In this document: positions 29,921 through 40,301 of the stretch, piece after piece
Layout: each line of letters starts with the position of its first letter
Position numbering within the stretch: the first letter of the stretch is position 1
Origin: a virus
DNA: 64,000 bases
Virus record (IMG/VR): IMGVR_UViG_3300027839_000001
Location: 22,404 to 86,403 of that record
Strand: one strand, 5' to 3'
The notes under the pieces: model-generated
Seen by the model: the letters and a program-made list of their open reading frames with translations, nothing else
Database searches by the model: none
Told to the model about the DNA's origin: nothing
Translations under genes and position numbers: made by a program

Positions 29921-30811
29921 ATGGCTACACGACTTGGATTAACCGGAACACCCGCTGCCGCCGCCAGCGGTCCCCCTCCAGCCTCGCCGATAAACCTCAC
30001 GCTCACTACTATCGAGCAAGTGAGCGAGAGTGGCTTCGATGCCGTCATAACAGTACGCAACATACCGTTCAGCTTTCCAGATTCAGAAGTCGAGGTCGGT
30101 GTCACTCCCGTAATCGGATGGGAGCTAGAGCTAACAACACTAGAGTCACTGCCTGAGGTGGGCGTTGACGGTCGAGCCGACATTACAATCGGTACGGTTC
30201 AGCTACAGTCTCAGAGTCCAAGTATAGACACAGAGGTACGTAATGTACCTACCATCGAAGTAGAGGTAGAGCAAAGACTTGAACTGGTATACGACCAGAA
30301 CCATACTCTAACCACTACGGAACTGGAACCTGACATCTCAGTGCAGGCTGAGACTGCCAAGGTTATAGACATAGTACTGACTAGCATCGAGACTGACACA
30401 TGGGGCAGGATAAACGCAGTCAATACTATAGCCGATACGACCAAGTTCATTCACACTGGCAGGTCGCAGTCGTCGAACGTCCTAATGGGTGTTAACGCAG
30501 GGCCGTTCAAGCTGAACCACGCCATGACTACTTACAAGCGAGGGTCTAAAGTAAACGTCCTTCACCTCTCAGTAGTCAAGCCAGTGGTAGTCACAGTGCA
30601 GGCTGACTTCAAGATGATCATACCTATCATGTACGTAGAGTCCGGTGAGTTCAGCTACAAGGACAGGGCACAGTACCTGAAGATCGAGAACGATGCATTG
30701 GTCGATGGAGTCATGGCACAGGATGGCGATACTGAAGACATACCAGTATTACTCAAAGATAACGACGGACGTTTGATCACAGGCATACAAGCCAGAAGAG
30801 TCTCGGTCTAG
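29921..30811 (+). CDS. tail-region structural protein
   Basis: 296 aa, Thr/Val/Glu-rich. Confidence 0.55.
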   Translation: MATRLGLTGTPAAAASGPPPASPINLTLTTIEQVSESGFDAVITVRNIPFSFPDSEVEVGVTPVIGWELELTTLESLPEVGVDGRADITIGTVQLQSQSPSIDTEVRNVPTIEVEVEQRLELVYDQNHTLTTTELEPDISVQAETAKVIDIVLTSIETDTWGRINAVNTIADTTKFIHTGRSQSSNVLMGVNAGPFKLNHAMTTYKRGSKVNVLHLSVVKPVVVTVQADFKMIIPIMYVESGEFSYKDRAQYLKIENDALVDGVMAQDGDTEDIPVLLKDNDGRLITGIQARRVSV

Positions 30812-30828
30812 TTTACACTGGAAATAAA

Positions 30829-33432
30829 ATGACATCAGACGAATCCATAGTAATCAACGGCGTGGAGCAGGAAGGCGGCAGCCGCAGTGTTGCCTACACC
30901 TACGGCGGGGAGATATGTCCAGACTCAGCGAACTTTGGGTACGTACATGGACCCTCTCCATCAGTAGCTACTCTATCCCACACTGAAGCCATAGACGCAC
31001 CAATGGGTTCAGACCTTTCTCTTCAGGTTGGGGTTGCACAATGGAGAGGGTTCGTCATTCAAAGCACAAAGACGCTAGATACGGAGACTGGCGAGACTTA
31101 CAGCATACGAGCGCACGACTGGAGAGACAGGCTGCACGACGTGTGGTTCTTTGCTGCATTCAACATGCATGAAGACGACGGCAGGGTGTGGCACATGCCG
31201 GAACACCTGTGGGAAAATCAGACCAAGGTATACATCTCTAAAGAACTCAGTCAGGTAGACATAGACGATCTACAGTTCTTCGAGGAAGACATAGAGGACC
31301 CGGCATACAACGACCTGCTTGAGAACCTTCTTGGAGAGAGCTACATAAGTGCAGCAAGCATCATAGAGATACTCGGCCTAAAGCACGAGTTCATATGGGC
31401 AGCAGAGGAGAGAGTATTTGAAATACTAGACGAAGCTGTGCCCATGAACATGGACTGGATATCTGGCGTAAAGGTAGTAGACGCCCTACAGCAGGTGCTT
31501 GAGTCGTGCGGCCTTCAGTTCACCATATACGGTGAAGATGTAATCATGATCACACTAAGGGGATGGACTAGCGAGGAGCTTGTCAACCAGTACATGGCAG
31601 GTCTTGACGATCCATGCATATGGGGTGCGAATCAGATTTCCACTGGAAAGGAATTGAACATGAAGGGCAGGAGAGTCTTGCTCGTCGGAGGAAAGAACAC
31701 GCAGCAGTGGACGTACCCATGCAGGCAGAACTGGAATGCCAACTGGGACTGGCAGCTATGCTATGGTGGATGGCAACTAAGTGCATTCCTTAAAACTAAT
31801 TTCAACTCAGAGGGACAGAGTCTCACTAGATGGAGCAAGATAAAAGAGCTACCAGAAGAATACCATGACCACAATCTATGGAGTGATGGCGTAAAGGTTC
31901 AAGGCGAAGGGGCTGTCGACCTGAAGAGAACAAGGATGGAGATGACAGTACAGGAGTATATCGACAAGGTGGCGTGGAAGGTTTACATAGTTGACCCTAA
32001 CTGGTCAGTCAGTGAGATGAACCCGGCCCCTGAACTCAACACCGATTTTGACGCGCTGGGAGAGGAACCCTACTACAATACCATTCTGCAAAAGATGGAC
32101 AAAGAGACGCTCGTGCCTGAGAATACTTATCGCGGAACAGAGGCAACCGTGACTCTGCCTGGTGATCCGCAACCGGAGTCGCTGGATGAGATCGACGATG
32201 TAGAGCTTGCATTATTTCCAGTGGAAGAATGGGACGATTCAGAAATAGAGTCGAACATAGACAACGGATTCACCGGCGATTATAACTTCTCATTCCCTGT
32301 ATACAACAAGCTAAACACAGACACGAACCTGAAGATGCTTCCATATATAGCTACGAGGAGAATCCTTGGCGGCATGGAGTCAGCACTTGATAGACAGGTT
32401 ACGGTGGTCCCAGTCACCAAGGGAGTGACTATCACAGAAGAAGAAGTCATAGACCCCAAGACACACAGGTCTGTCTTCAGATTAAGACTGGTGTTCTCTA
32501 ATGCACAGTTCTGGATCGATGAGGACATGGACTTCAGGAAGATGGATAGCAGAAAGGCTGACAGGATAGTGGTCACGCTGGCTCATGGCAAGGACATGTA
32601 TACACATGAGGCAGGAGAAGAGATAGGGGCTGTGTTTGATAGGGGTCCAGGTCCAGAGCAAGGCTTCCAGCAAAACGCACGGATACGAACACAAAAGCAC
32701 AACATACCTACACTGCACAAGGCTTTTGTGGATGGTGGTGAGTACAATGTTCTCGCAGAGAACTTCAGGCTAGACCTTGAAAACGGTGGGTCAGAGCCAG
32801 CAGTGAGGCCAATCAATGCCGATGCGGTTGCAGGCAAGATCTCACACCAGCTATTGTTCCACGATGCTATCAACCGTACAGGATACATGGAGTTCGATGA
32901 AACTACGGGAACCCTGCCAGATGGAATGATCGAATCAGTATCCGTACGATTCAGTGCAACAAATGGCATTACGGAGCGTGTTAATTACACAGGTGAGGAG
33001 ATAGATGACAACCTGATACGGGCACCTTTCAGGATAGGAGCAAGCAGGCTGGTCAATGATCTTGAAGATATAAACAGAGACATTCTTAATTCAGTTCTCC
33101 CTCTAATATCAACTAAGGTGCTGAATCAAGCATCGAAGAAGGACTCAACAAGTTCCGATCTAGGAATATCCGATACGTCCACCGAGGAACGTAGGATGAT
33201 AGAGTTCAACAATGCCGGTGCCGATAAAGCTGTCGTTGAGGTCAAACTGGAAAGGACGCACATGCAAATGAACGAGGCACTGGCGTGGGAGGGGATAGTT
33301 AAGCATGGAGTAGTGGTAATAGGTGAAAGAAATCGACCAAAAGAAGGTGTGTACTTAGACCCTCGGTGGTCATACGATATCGAATCATACTTAGAAGACC
33401 TTCAGGCCCTTTACGACGCGGAGGGTGGATAG
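30829..33432 (+). CDS. putative baseplate hub/central tail protein
   Basis: 867-aa acidic protein; hub-like N-terminus (WRGFV..YSIRAHDWRDRL). Confidence 0.5.
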   Translation: MTSDESIVINGVEQEGGSRSVAYTYGGEICPDSANFGYVHGPSPSVATLSHTEAIDAPMGSDLSLQVGVAQWRGFVIQSTKTLDTETGETYSIRAHDWRDRLHDVWFFAAFNMHEDDGRVWHMPEHLWENQTKVYISKELSQVDIDDLQFFEEDIEDPAYNDLLENLLGESYISAASIIEILGLKHEFIWAAEERVFEILDEAVPMNMDWISGVKVVDALQQVLESCGLQFTIYGEDVIMITLRGWTSEELVNQYMAGLDDPCIWGANQISTGKELNMKGRRVLLVGGKNTQQWTYPCRQNWNANWDWQLCYGGWQLSAFLKTNFNSEGQSLTRWSKIKELPEEYHDHNLWSDGVKVQGEGAVDLKRTRMEMTVQEYIDKVAWKVYIVDPNWSVSEMNPAPELNTDFDALGEEPYYNTILQKMDKETLVPENTYRGTEATVTLPGDPQPESLDEIDDVELALFPVEEWDDSEIESNIDNGFTGDYNFSFPVYNKLNTDTNLKMLPYIATRRILGGMESALDRQVTVVPVTKGVTITEEEVIDPKTHRSVFRLRLVFSNAQFWIDEDMDFRKMDSRKADRIVVTLAHGKDMYTHEAGEEIGAVFDRGPGPEQGFQQNARIRTQKHNIPTLHKAFVDGGEYNVLAENFRLDLENGGSEPAVRPINADAVAGKISHQLLFHDAINRTGYMEFDETTGTLPDGMIESVSVRFSATNGITERVNYTGEEIDDNLIRAPFRIGASRLVNDLEDINRDILNSVLPLISTKVLNQASKKDSTSSDLGISDTSTEERRMIEFNNAGADKAVVEVKLERTHMQMNEALAWEGIVKHGVVVIGERNRPKEGVYLDPRWSYDIESYLEDLQALYDAEGG

Positions 33433-33448
33433 TTTCCACTGTAAACAT

Positions 33449-34522
33449 ATGGCCCTTAGAACATTATCTAATCAACAAGACCACACACCAATAGCTCAGC
33501 CATCGGGTGAGTTTACTGTGTTCTGGCCTGGGTACGACATACCTGAGCGAAGAACAAACAAGGAGAAGAGGGTTTTAATAACCAGCTTAATGAAAGGGAC
33601 AAGCTTCGGAATCTCAGTGTCTGAACTTAGCCACGAGTCTCTAGTTAAGTACGGAATAGAAGACCACCAGGTCTACATCGAAATGACAGGGAACGTCATA
33701 GTTGATGGAGTCTGTCTCGTAAAGGTCTATTACGACGGGACCGATGACACCGGAAGGGTTTACGCAGGCGAGCCAGTAGTGTTTGATACGCAGACAGCGA
33801 CTGCCGTGACGGGAATAAATGAGACATGGGAGAAAGATGAGTACAAGGTAGTCGGCATAGCAATGGAGGATCACGAAACTTCGCAGAACCTTCACTGGGA
33901 CGACCAGATATACTCAGTGATACCAGTCAGGCTGATACCACCAATCCTAGAAGACGCGGAGGAGATGCACGTAGGTATCGTTGGTACGGGCGGCATTACT
34001 GGTGCTAGAAAGCTGGTAGAGGATGATGTCACTGCACCGGAAGTAGAAGAGGGGGAGCCTGAAGAAGAGGCACCCTATAATCCAGAGCAGTTCTCTGAGG
34101 GCGACATATTAATAGGCTTCGGTGAAGTTGAACTTATGTACGAGAAGAAGGTGAAGCAGGACCCAGAGGACGACGACGAAGAAGGGGAGTCCATCCTTAA
34201 GCAACGGCTAAGTGATGAAACCGTGATACTGAAAGAGGTGTCGAATGCCAAGGGATACGCAGCGCCCGGCTATCTAGTCACCGTACATAAGGACGACAAG
34301 GGCGTGTGGTGGGTAGAAGGGCCTGACAACTACGTAGCTACACTGAGTGAGGACGCCGACGCAAACGCTTCAGCACTGGCTAACCTCAAGGTAAACGATC
34401 ATGAGCTAACTGTTCACCATGACGTGTTCACTGGCGGAGGAACCCTGGAATCTGGTGCTAAGATAAGAATTCGCTGGAATAAGAAGAAGCTACACTGGAG
34501 CATTATAGGGGCGGAATGTTAA
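33449..34522 (+). CDS. tail-tip structural protein
   Basis: ATG 33449 follows the upstream stop plus palindrome; C-terminal WSIIGAEC. Confidence 0.55.
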   Translation: MALRTLSNQQDHTPIAQPSGEFTVFWPGYDIPERRTNKEKRVLITSLMKGTSFGISVSELSHESLVKYGIEDHQVYIEMTGNVIVDGVCLVKVYYDGTDDTGRVYAGEPVVFDTQTATAVTGINETWEKDEYKVVGIAMEDHETSQNLHWDDQIYSVIPVRLIPPILEDAEEMHVGIVGTGGITGARKLVEDDVTAPEVEEGEPEEEAPYNPEQFSEGDILIGFGEVELMYEKKVKQDPEDDDEEGESILKQRLSDETVILKEVSNAKGYAAPGYLVTVHKDDKGVWWVEGPDNYVATLSEDADANASALANLKVNDHELTVHHDVFTGGGTLESGAKIRIRWNKKKLHWSIIGAEC

Positions 34523-36526
34523 ATGGATAAGTTCGGAGTCAGCAGGTGCTGCTGTGGTGCTAGGTATCTCAAGTGTGATTGCAGTCTCGTATGCACTGAA
34601 GGGACTACACCCTGTTGTGTAACGATCACAATAGAGGGTGCAGAGAATCTACCGGCAGATAACTTCGCACACTGCAACGAGTGCGAGAGCCTTAACGGCA
34701 CATACATACTCACATCCAACCTTGATAGCTGCCACTGGAGGGGAAGTCTGTGCCAGAACGGCGGAACTGCAAGGCCGGGAGTGTGCTGTGCATATGAGCA
34801 TGTCGAGCTTATTTACAGAGACAGACTTCCATTCTCTGGTGAAGAGGAAGGGCATAGATGGTATCTTACTTTCGTAAACGGACCTACCTATACGGCAGAA
34901 CATGATCATGACCCAGAGGATCTCGACGATCCAGAGTACAAGATAAACTGTGAGTCATTGTCACTTACAATGGAGGCCACTGCATCTGATATAGAGGCAG
35001 AAACCACTGAATTCTGGTGTAAGTTTCCACTGGAAATCACAGTCAGGACTAGCTCGTCCGATGCCAGATCAGGATGCATTGAAGAGTACACTTGCAGGGA
35101 CGACACCGGCTCTAGGTGGCCTCGGTGCGACTGCTGGGACCTCCCTTTGTCGTACACGGTTAGCTTCGATGAGGATATTATACTCAAAGAACATGAAGCC
35201 GAGGAGGATGAGTGCGTAATAGGCGATGTCTTAAGCGACCTTAATAGTCCACTGACTCTCAGGTACAAGACCGCATACTGGTCAGAAACGGCTGGGCCAT
35301 GGGGTATTTCTGAAAGGCTCGCATACGATCAAGCTAGGCTTGACTGCATTATAGACATAGGATCGTTCACCAAGATCAACGCACTCGGTCCTTCGTGCCA
35401 GCCAGGCCAATATGTTGGCGTCGAGATGTGGATCACAAGGATGCCGACATTGACGGTGCCAACGGTTCCGTTTCAGTTTGACCTAGCTGCCGTTATTGCA
35501 TTCGTTGAATTCGATGAGCTAGGAGAGAAGACATACAGTGCATATCTTTGGAAGAGAGTCTCATCTGACTGTTCTTCACCTAGCCCTGAGACGCATTGGT
35601 CAGAGAGAAGCGGGTGTGAGTGCACTGGAACCATAGGCGACTCAAGTGGATGGGAACTAGTTGAGTCAGGTGACGTTCTCCGAACAACTGACGACGGAGG
35701 ATTCGACCCAATACAGATAGTGCCATCTGAGATATACGACTTCTCGGATCTTTCCACTGTAAATGTTAGCTTCCCAGAAGACACAGACAACTGCGGTGAC
35801 AACGATCCCTGTCCAGAAGATGGGTGCATGACCTGTATAGATGACTACAATACAGGGCCAGTTAATATCGGAGTTGAGTTCCAGGCCAACACAAAAGCAC
35901 CTGAGACGCCAGAGCCTCCACCTGGGCAGTTCATATTTCCACTGGAAATCAACGGAGATTGCGAGGACTCATGCCCACACCTAGAGTCTGGCATGTATGT
36001 TCTTGAGTACAATAATGGCAATGGTGGATCAGGAGTCAGATGCTTAGGGGGCGATGTCTGGACCACGATAACAACGGAAAGAAATGACCTTGGACAGTCA
36101 GTGTCCGTGCCAAAGAAGGTTTATAGCGGTGGTTGCTCCTGGAGGTACAGGGTAGAAGGATTCTCTGGGTGCGGAATGTACAGAATATCGCTCGGTAACT
36201 ACACTATAGGAGCCGACCCATACCACTGGATAATCAGACTTGCGATTGGTGGAAATCAGAACTTCAATGCGCAGAATCCTACGGTTTTTTCGACGACTTG
36301 GAGCCTTATATTCGAGACACAGATACCGATCCTGTCTGAAATAGGGGGAGTGCAGGCCAGTACTCCTGAGCAGACCAAGTACCTGATGATGGAGCAACTA
36401 GACGGTCTAGAGCTTGAGTTGGTGAGCCAGCGCAATGGAATGAGGAACCAGCAGATAGTGTTCAGTGAGGCGTGCCACATAGACGAGACAACAGATGCGG
36501 CACCAGTGATACTGAGGACACTATGA
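34523..36526 (+). CDS. very Cys-rich protein
   Basis: 667 aa starting SRCCCGARYLKCDCSLVC, with dozens of Cys. Confidence 0.65.
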   Translation: MDKFGVSRCCCGARYLKCDCSLVCTEGTTPCCVTITIEGAENLPADNFAHCNECESLNGTYILTSNLDSCHWRGSLCQNGGTARPGVCCAYEHVELIYRDRLPFSGEEEGHRWYLTFVNGPTYTAEHDHDPEDLDDPEYKINCESLSLTMEATASDIEAETTEFWCKFPLEITVRTSSSDARSGCIEEYTCRDDTGSRWPRCDCWDLPLSYTVSFDEDIILKEHEAEEDECVIGDVLSDLNSPLTLRYKTAYWSETAGPWGISERLAYDQARLDCIIDIGSFTKINALGPSCQPGQYVGVEMWITRMPTLTVPTVPFQFDLAAVIAFVEFDELGEKTYSAYLWKRVSSDCSSPSPETHWSERSGCECTGTIGDSSGWELVESGDVLRTTDDGGFDPIQIVPSEIYDFSDLSTVNVSFPEDTDNCGDNDPCPEDGCMTCIDDYNTGPVNIGVEFQANTKAPETPEPPPGQFIFPLEINGDCEDSCPHLESGMYVLEYNNGNGGSGVRCLGGDVWTTITTERNDLGQSVSVPKKVYSGGCSWRYRVEGFSGCGMYRISLGNYTIGADPYHWIIRLAIGGNQNFNAQNPTVFSTTWSLIFETQIPILSEIGGVQASTPEQTKYLMMEQLDGLELELVSQRNGMRNQQIVFSEACHIDETTDAAPVILRTL

Positions 36527-36960
36527 CCGACAAATGCGTGTTCGACAGAGAGGGAGATATCGCCACTTGCACCATCTGCGATAGATCCGTAAAGGTTCCT
36601 GTACATATAAAGACCTTCAAGATCAACAGGGCCTGCACGGGATTTCCAGTGGAAACAAAGGAGTTCCCGCCCGTATATATACAAGCCTGGAACTATGCAG
36701 TGTCAACATTCTGGCATCTATTCAATCTATGCAGGCATGCAGGCAAATCGGTTGTCGCCAGGAGATTTACGCAGTGCAAGCCGTGCGACTGGTACACAGG
36801 CAAGGGCGACGGTGACAAGCGTGGAAGGTGCATAGGATGCGGGTGCCCAGTCAATGACGTTGACGATGGCACTCATCCCAATAAGCTCAACAGGCTATGG
36901 GATACATGCCCGTACAAGGAAGATAAAAAACGCAAGCCGAAGTGGTTGCCGATAGAGTAA
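36523..36960 (+). CDS. Cys-rich small protein
   Basis: RRFTQCKPC..CIGCGCPV..KL..TCP..KW pattern; ATGA overlap. Confidence 0.65.
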   Translation: MTDKCVFDREGDIATCTICDRSVKVPVHIKTFKINRACTGFPVETKEFPPVYIQAWNYAVSTFWHLFNLCRHAGKSVVARRFTQCKPCDWYTGKGDGDKRGRCIGCGCPVNDVDDGTHPNKLNRLWDTCPYKEDKKRKPKWLPIE

Positions 36961-37009
36961 GAAGACTAAAAATCATAATTATTTCCAGTGGGAATATAGA
37001 GACAGAGAT

Positions 37010-37447
37010 ATGACAGGAATATGGTCAGCAGGATCTCAGGTATGGTCTATATTCAGACTACTGATCATCGGCGGGGTCATATCTCCAATTCTATACGCAA
37101 ACGCTTCGAGCTTTGATCTTGGAGAAGTGCTATCAATCCTTGGAACAATGGGGATAGCAGGCTCAAGCGAAGTTTTGCTACGAATGGCACTGAAGACAGA
37201 CAATCCCAATCATCCTGCATGGTCTATCATAAGACTAGGATTGCTAGGGGTATTTATCTGGCCCATTCTGTACGCAAACGCTTCAAACTTTGATCTCGGG
37301 GAAGTGAGAACCATAGTGGTTACTTTGATACTGGCAAGCGTCGGAGAGGTTGGAGTAAACCTAGTGTCGAGACTGGTCAAGAAGTATCAAGATGATGGAG
37401 AAAAGAATGGATCGGCCAATAGAACTACTAAAGAGAAGGAAGGGTAG
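37010..37447 (+). CDS. membrane protein (holin-like) made of two repeated units
   Basis: WSI.RL...G..I.PILYANAS.FDLGEV present twice; hydrophobic. Confidence 0.6.
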   Translation: MTGIWSAGSQVWSIFRLLIIGGVISPILYANASSFDLGEVLSILGTMGIAGSSEVLLRMALKTDNPNHPAWSIIRLGLLGVFIWPILYANASNFDLGEVRTIVVTLILASVGEVGVNLVSRLVKKYQDDGEKNGSANRTTKEKEG

Positions 37448-37649
37448 GAAAGACGGAAGAGTCCGCAAGGATGTAGACAGGGAAGAGAAGAAAAAGAAGA
37501 GGCAAGAGAGAAGGCAAAGCTTTTTCTCTGTAATAGCCGAAGCTATGACCAGGGGTTTTACTGCACAGATGTTCCCGGTACTAGCAGCTAGTATAGCTGC
37601 AATTACAGGTGCGATCATCTTGTTTTTATGGAGGTTATTTGGATCATGA
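37407..37649 (+). CDS. basic protein with C-terminal transmembrane helix
   Basis: GGAG RBS; Lys/Arg-rich followed by a hydrophobic segment. Confidence 0.55.
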   Translation: MDRPIELLKRRKGRKDGRVRKDVDREEKKKKRQERRQSFFSVIAEAMTRGFTAQMFPVLAASIAAITGAIILFLWRLFGS

Positions 37650-37957
37650 ATTTCTTTGGACTAGACACCGGACAATCCATTGGACTCAGCATAGCAGGCG
37701 TTGTCCTTGCTGCACTGGGTATCAACAACTGGACAGATATCACTGCGATGTTCAAGAAGAAAGAGGAACCCTCTAAGCCTGACATAGGCGGTGACTGCTT
37801 CGACGAGCTTCAGTTCGCAGTTGAAAGCCTAACTAAAGTCAAGGGACATGCCGACCCGGTAAACAAACCGCATCTTACCGCTGCCCTAGAGGCCCTGTCC
37901 AAGGTTACCATCAGTGCCTTCATTACATGTGAGGAACACGATGACTCGCAAGTCTAA
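37646..37957 (+). CDS. N-terminally anchored membrane protein
   Basis: GGAGG RBS; one hydrophobic helix. Confidence 0.55.
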   Translation: MNFFGLDTGQSIGLSIAGVVLAALGINNWTDITAMFKKKEEPSKPDIGGDCFDELQFAVESLTKVKGHADPVNKPHLTAALEALSKVTISAFITCEEHDDSQV

Positions 37958-38351
37958 GACCAATCTAATACTGGTTGCCGGACTTGCCTTCAGTTTATAC
38001 TTCACATTTTCCAGTGGAAATAGTGTATTCACTGACACGTTCTCCGATGTAACCAAAGAGATATCAACCGAGTGGGTGATTCCAAGGTCAGGAAGAGAGT
38101 CTTTCTGTACTGCATTGACCGAGGCTGCTGCACTTACAGATGCAACACCTAAGGACATGTACAAATCAGTCAACCCACGGTTCATGGAGCTTGAGACTCA
38201 GGACGTTACGATTGGGTGGATTGCATTCAGGACAGACCTGATGAACAAGTCTCGTTCACTTCACAATGTCGGTCGATTACCACTGGATAAGCCAGTCAAG
38301 CACGGTGCCTACATAATGGCAGTCAAAGCTGGCATTGAAGCCGCTAAATAG
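37941..38351 (+). CDS. secreted or membrane-anchored protein
   Basis: Signal-like N-terminus; GAGGA RBS. Confidence 0.55.
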   Translation: MTRKSKTNLILVAGLAFSLYFTFSSGNSVFTDTFSDVTKEISTEWVIPRSGRESFCTALTEAAALTDATPKDMYKSVNPRFMELETQDVTIGWIAFRTDLMNKSRSLHNVGRLPLDKPVKHGAYIMAVKAGIEAAK

Positions 38352-38365
38352 ATCAGGAGTTTACA

Positions 38366-39310
38366 GTGGAAATTGCCAAGAAGTACATGATAGGAGACAT
38401 GAGCGGGTGGAGGCCAGATCCTAAGCATGCCGCCAACTTCGCAGGTAGAAACCGAACGCCACTGTTCGGTGTATCAGCACCCTTGATCATGAATCAGCCA
38501 CGTCGAGAGGTATTCCTTCCGGCGTATCTTTCCATGGTCATGCGAGAGAAGGATAAGGAATGGCGGTATAAATCGCAGTACCAGAAGCGTGGCACGTGCG
38601 TCGGTCAGGGATATAAGCTGTCATGTGACATCGTAATGGCTGTCAACCGACTGATCGGCGGCATGAGATTTCCAGGCCGAGCAGCAGTAGCACCCATATA
38701 CGCCGGTAGCAGGGTAGAGGTGGCGAATCAAGCGGGCCGATGGGACGGCAGCAATGGTAGCTGGGCATCAGACTGGGTCACAAAATACGGTGTCGTTCTA
38801 CTGAAGGAACTGGGCCTACCTGAAGATGCACTCGATTCAGATGAGAAGTTCGCTACGTCATGGGCAGCAAGATCATCAGGCGTACCGGCAGAATACGAAA
38901 CGGCTGCACGAGTACGACCAATCAAGAACTCATCACTTGTAACTGACACTGATGAGGTAGCTGCTGGATTGGGAAACCTTCAGCCTGTTCCTATCTGCAC
39001 CAGCCTGATCCCTTCACCTAATCGAAACAGGGACGGCATAGCAAGAATGTCCTCTCAGGGCGGGCACTGTACTGTCATTGTAGGCATGCGCAAGGTCGGA
39101 AGAAACTGGGTGTTCGCCTATCACCAGTCTTGGAACGGCTGGGCCAAGGGACACTACGGTTGGCAGAAGCACGATCCAATTAAAGAGTATTCAAGTTGCA
39201 TTGTCGATATAACTGAAAGCGACCTAGCCAAGGTGCTTAGGTCAAGAGACTGTTACACGTTGATGGGAGTCAGCGGCACGGAGCCGATTGACACCACGTT
39301 CTTTATCTAG
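38366..39310 (+). CDS. papain-like (C1-type) cysteine peptidase
   Basis: QKRGTCVG (oxyanion Q and catalytic C), GGHCTVIVG (H), HQSW at the NSW position. Confidence 0.75.
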   Translation: MEIAKKYMIGDMSGWRPDPKHAANFAGRNRTPLFGVSAPLIMNQPRREVFLPAYLSMVMREKDKEWRYKSQYQKRGTCVGQGYKLSCDIVMAVNRLIGGMRFPGRAAVAPIYAGSRVEVANQAGRWDGSNGSWASDWVTKYGVVLLKELGLPEDALDSDEKFATSWAARSSGVPAEYETAARVRPIKNSSLVTDTDEVAAGLGNLQPVPICTSLIPSPNRNRDGIARMSSQGGHCTVIVGMRKVGRNWVFAYHQSWNGWAKGHYGWQKHDPIKEYSSCIVDITESDLAKVLRSRDCYTLMGVSGTEPIDTTFFI

Positions 39311-39321
39311 GGAGTAGACAT

Positions 39322-39849
39322 ATGGACACAAAGTCAAGCCTTATCCTCGGAGGCGCTGCTATCATCGCTGCCGCAGCCTTCATGTTTCCACTGGAAAAAA
39401 CAGCCGCATCGCCTGACCCATACGCAGCAATGACCGCTGAAGTCCTCAGCGATATTGTCACCCTTCGCTCTCGCGTCAGTGACGTAGAGGATCAGTTGGC
39501 AAGCTTAAGTTCTGAAGTGAATGGAATCGCTGGCTACGTAGACGAACGAGTCGATGGAATGAATAAGGAAATCATGAAGGGTAGCGGCTCAAGCAGTGAA
39601 TCAAAAATCATTAGCGAAGAAGAATGGGAGGTGATCGCATCTAGAGGTGGCGTCAAGGTATGCGATGAGAATGGATGTCGCATTCAATACTCACCTGCCT
39701 ATAACATGGAACACCACTCCTCAGGCTCAATGAGTTCAAGCTCAAGTTCCAGTGGAAATGGCATCTTTGGCTCTGGCGGTAACAGGCGTGCCAGAGTTGA
39801 TGCGCGACGAGAAGACCGATGTGGACTGTTTGGTCGCAAGTGCAACTAG
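39322..39849 (+). CDS. exported coiled-coil protein
   Basis: Signal-like N-terminus, coiled coil, CDENGC and Arg-rich GLFGR C-terminus. Confidence 0.55.
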   Translation: MDTKSSLILGGAAIIAAAAFMFPLEKTAASPDPYAAMTAEVLSDIVTLRSRVSDVEDQLASLSSEVNGIAGYVDERVDGMNKEIMKGSGSSSESKIISEEEWEVIASRGGVKVCDENGCRIQYSPAYNMEHHSSGSMSSSSSSSGNGIFGSGGNRRARVDARREDRCGLFGRKCN

Positions 39850-39919
39850 AGAGTTCATGATACATGTACGTTACCACATTGCGATGACTTAATCCTATCA
39901 CATAAGCTGGTTGTTAACA

Positions 39920-40264
39920 ATGATTTTTAAGCCAGACAGTAAAGTGGGGCAGGCAGTGAAGAATATAACAGAGTCTACTCCAGTTAGCATAGCGCTAGTA
40001 CTTGCGCTATGTGCTGGAGCGTATTGGACAGGCGGAGAGCTTACTGACCTGAAGTCTCGCGTTAGTAATGCTGAAGCAATAGGAAAAGACAACAGGGAGC
40101 TTCTAAACCAACTTACGGAAATATCTGTAGACAACAAGCATAGAATAGATATTTTCGTTGAGAGAATGCTGATGGATGATCGTCGTGAACTTCACGACAC
40201 GGATCTTCTTAATTCATTTCAAAGGAGAATCACAGCACTTGAGGCAAAGTCCAGTGGTAGCTAA
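39920..40264 (+). CDS. membrane-anchored coiled-coil protein
   Basis: One transmembrane helix followed by a coiled coil. Confidence 0.55.
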   Translation: MIFKPDSKVGQAVKNITESTPVSIALVLALCAGAYWTGGELTDLKSRVSNAEAIGKDNRELLNQLTEISVDNKHRIDIFVERMLMDDRRELHDTDLLNSFQRRITALEAKSSGS

Positions 40265-40301
40265 GACGTAGTTGAACTATACCCTTATTTAAGAGGAGAG
40301 C

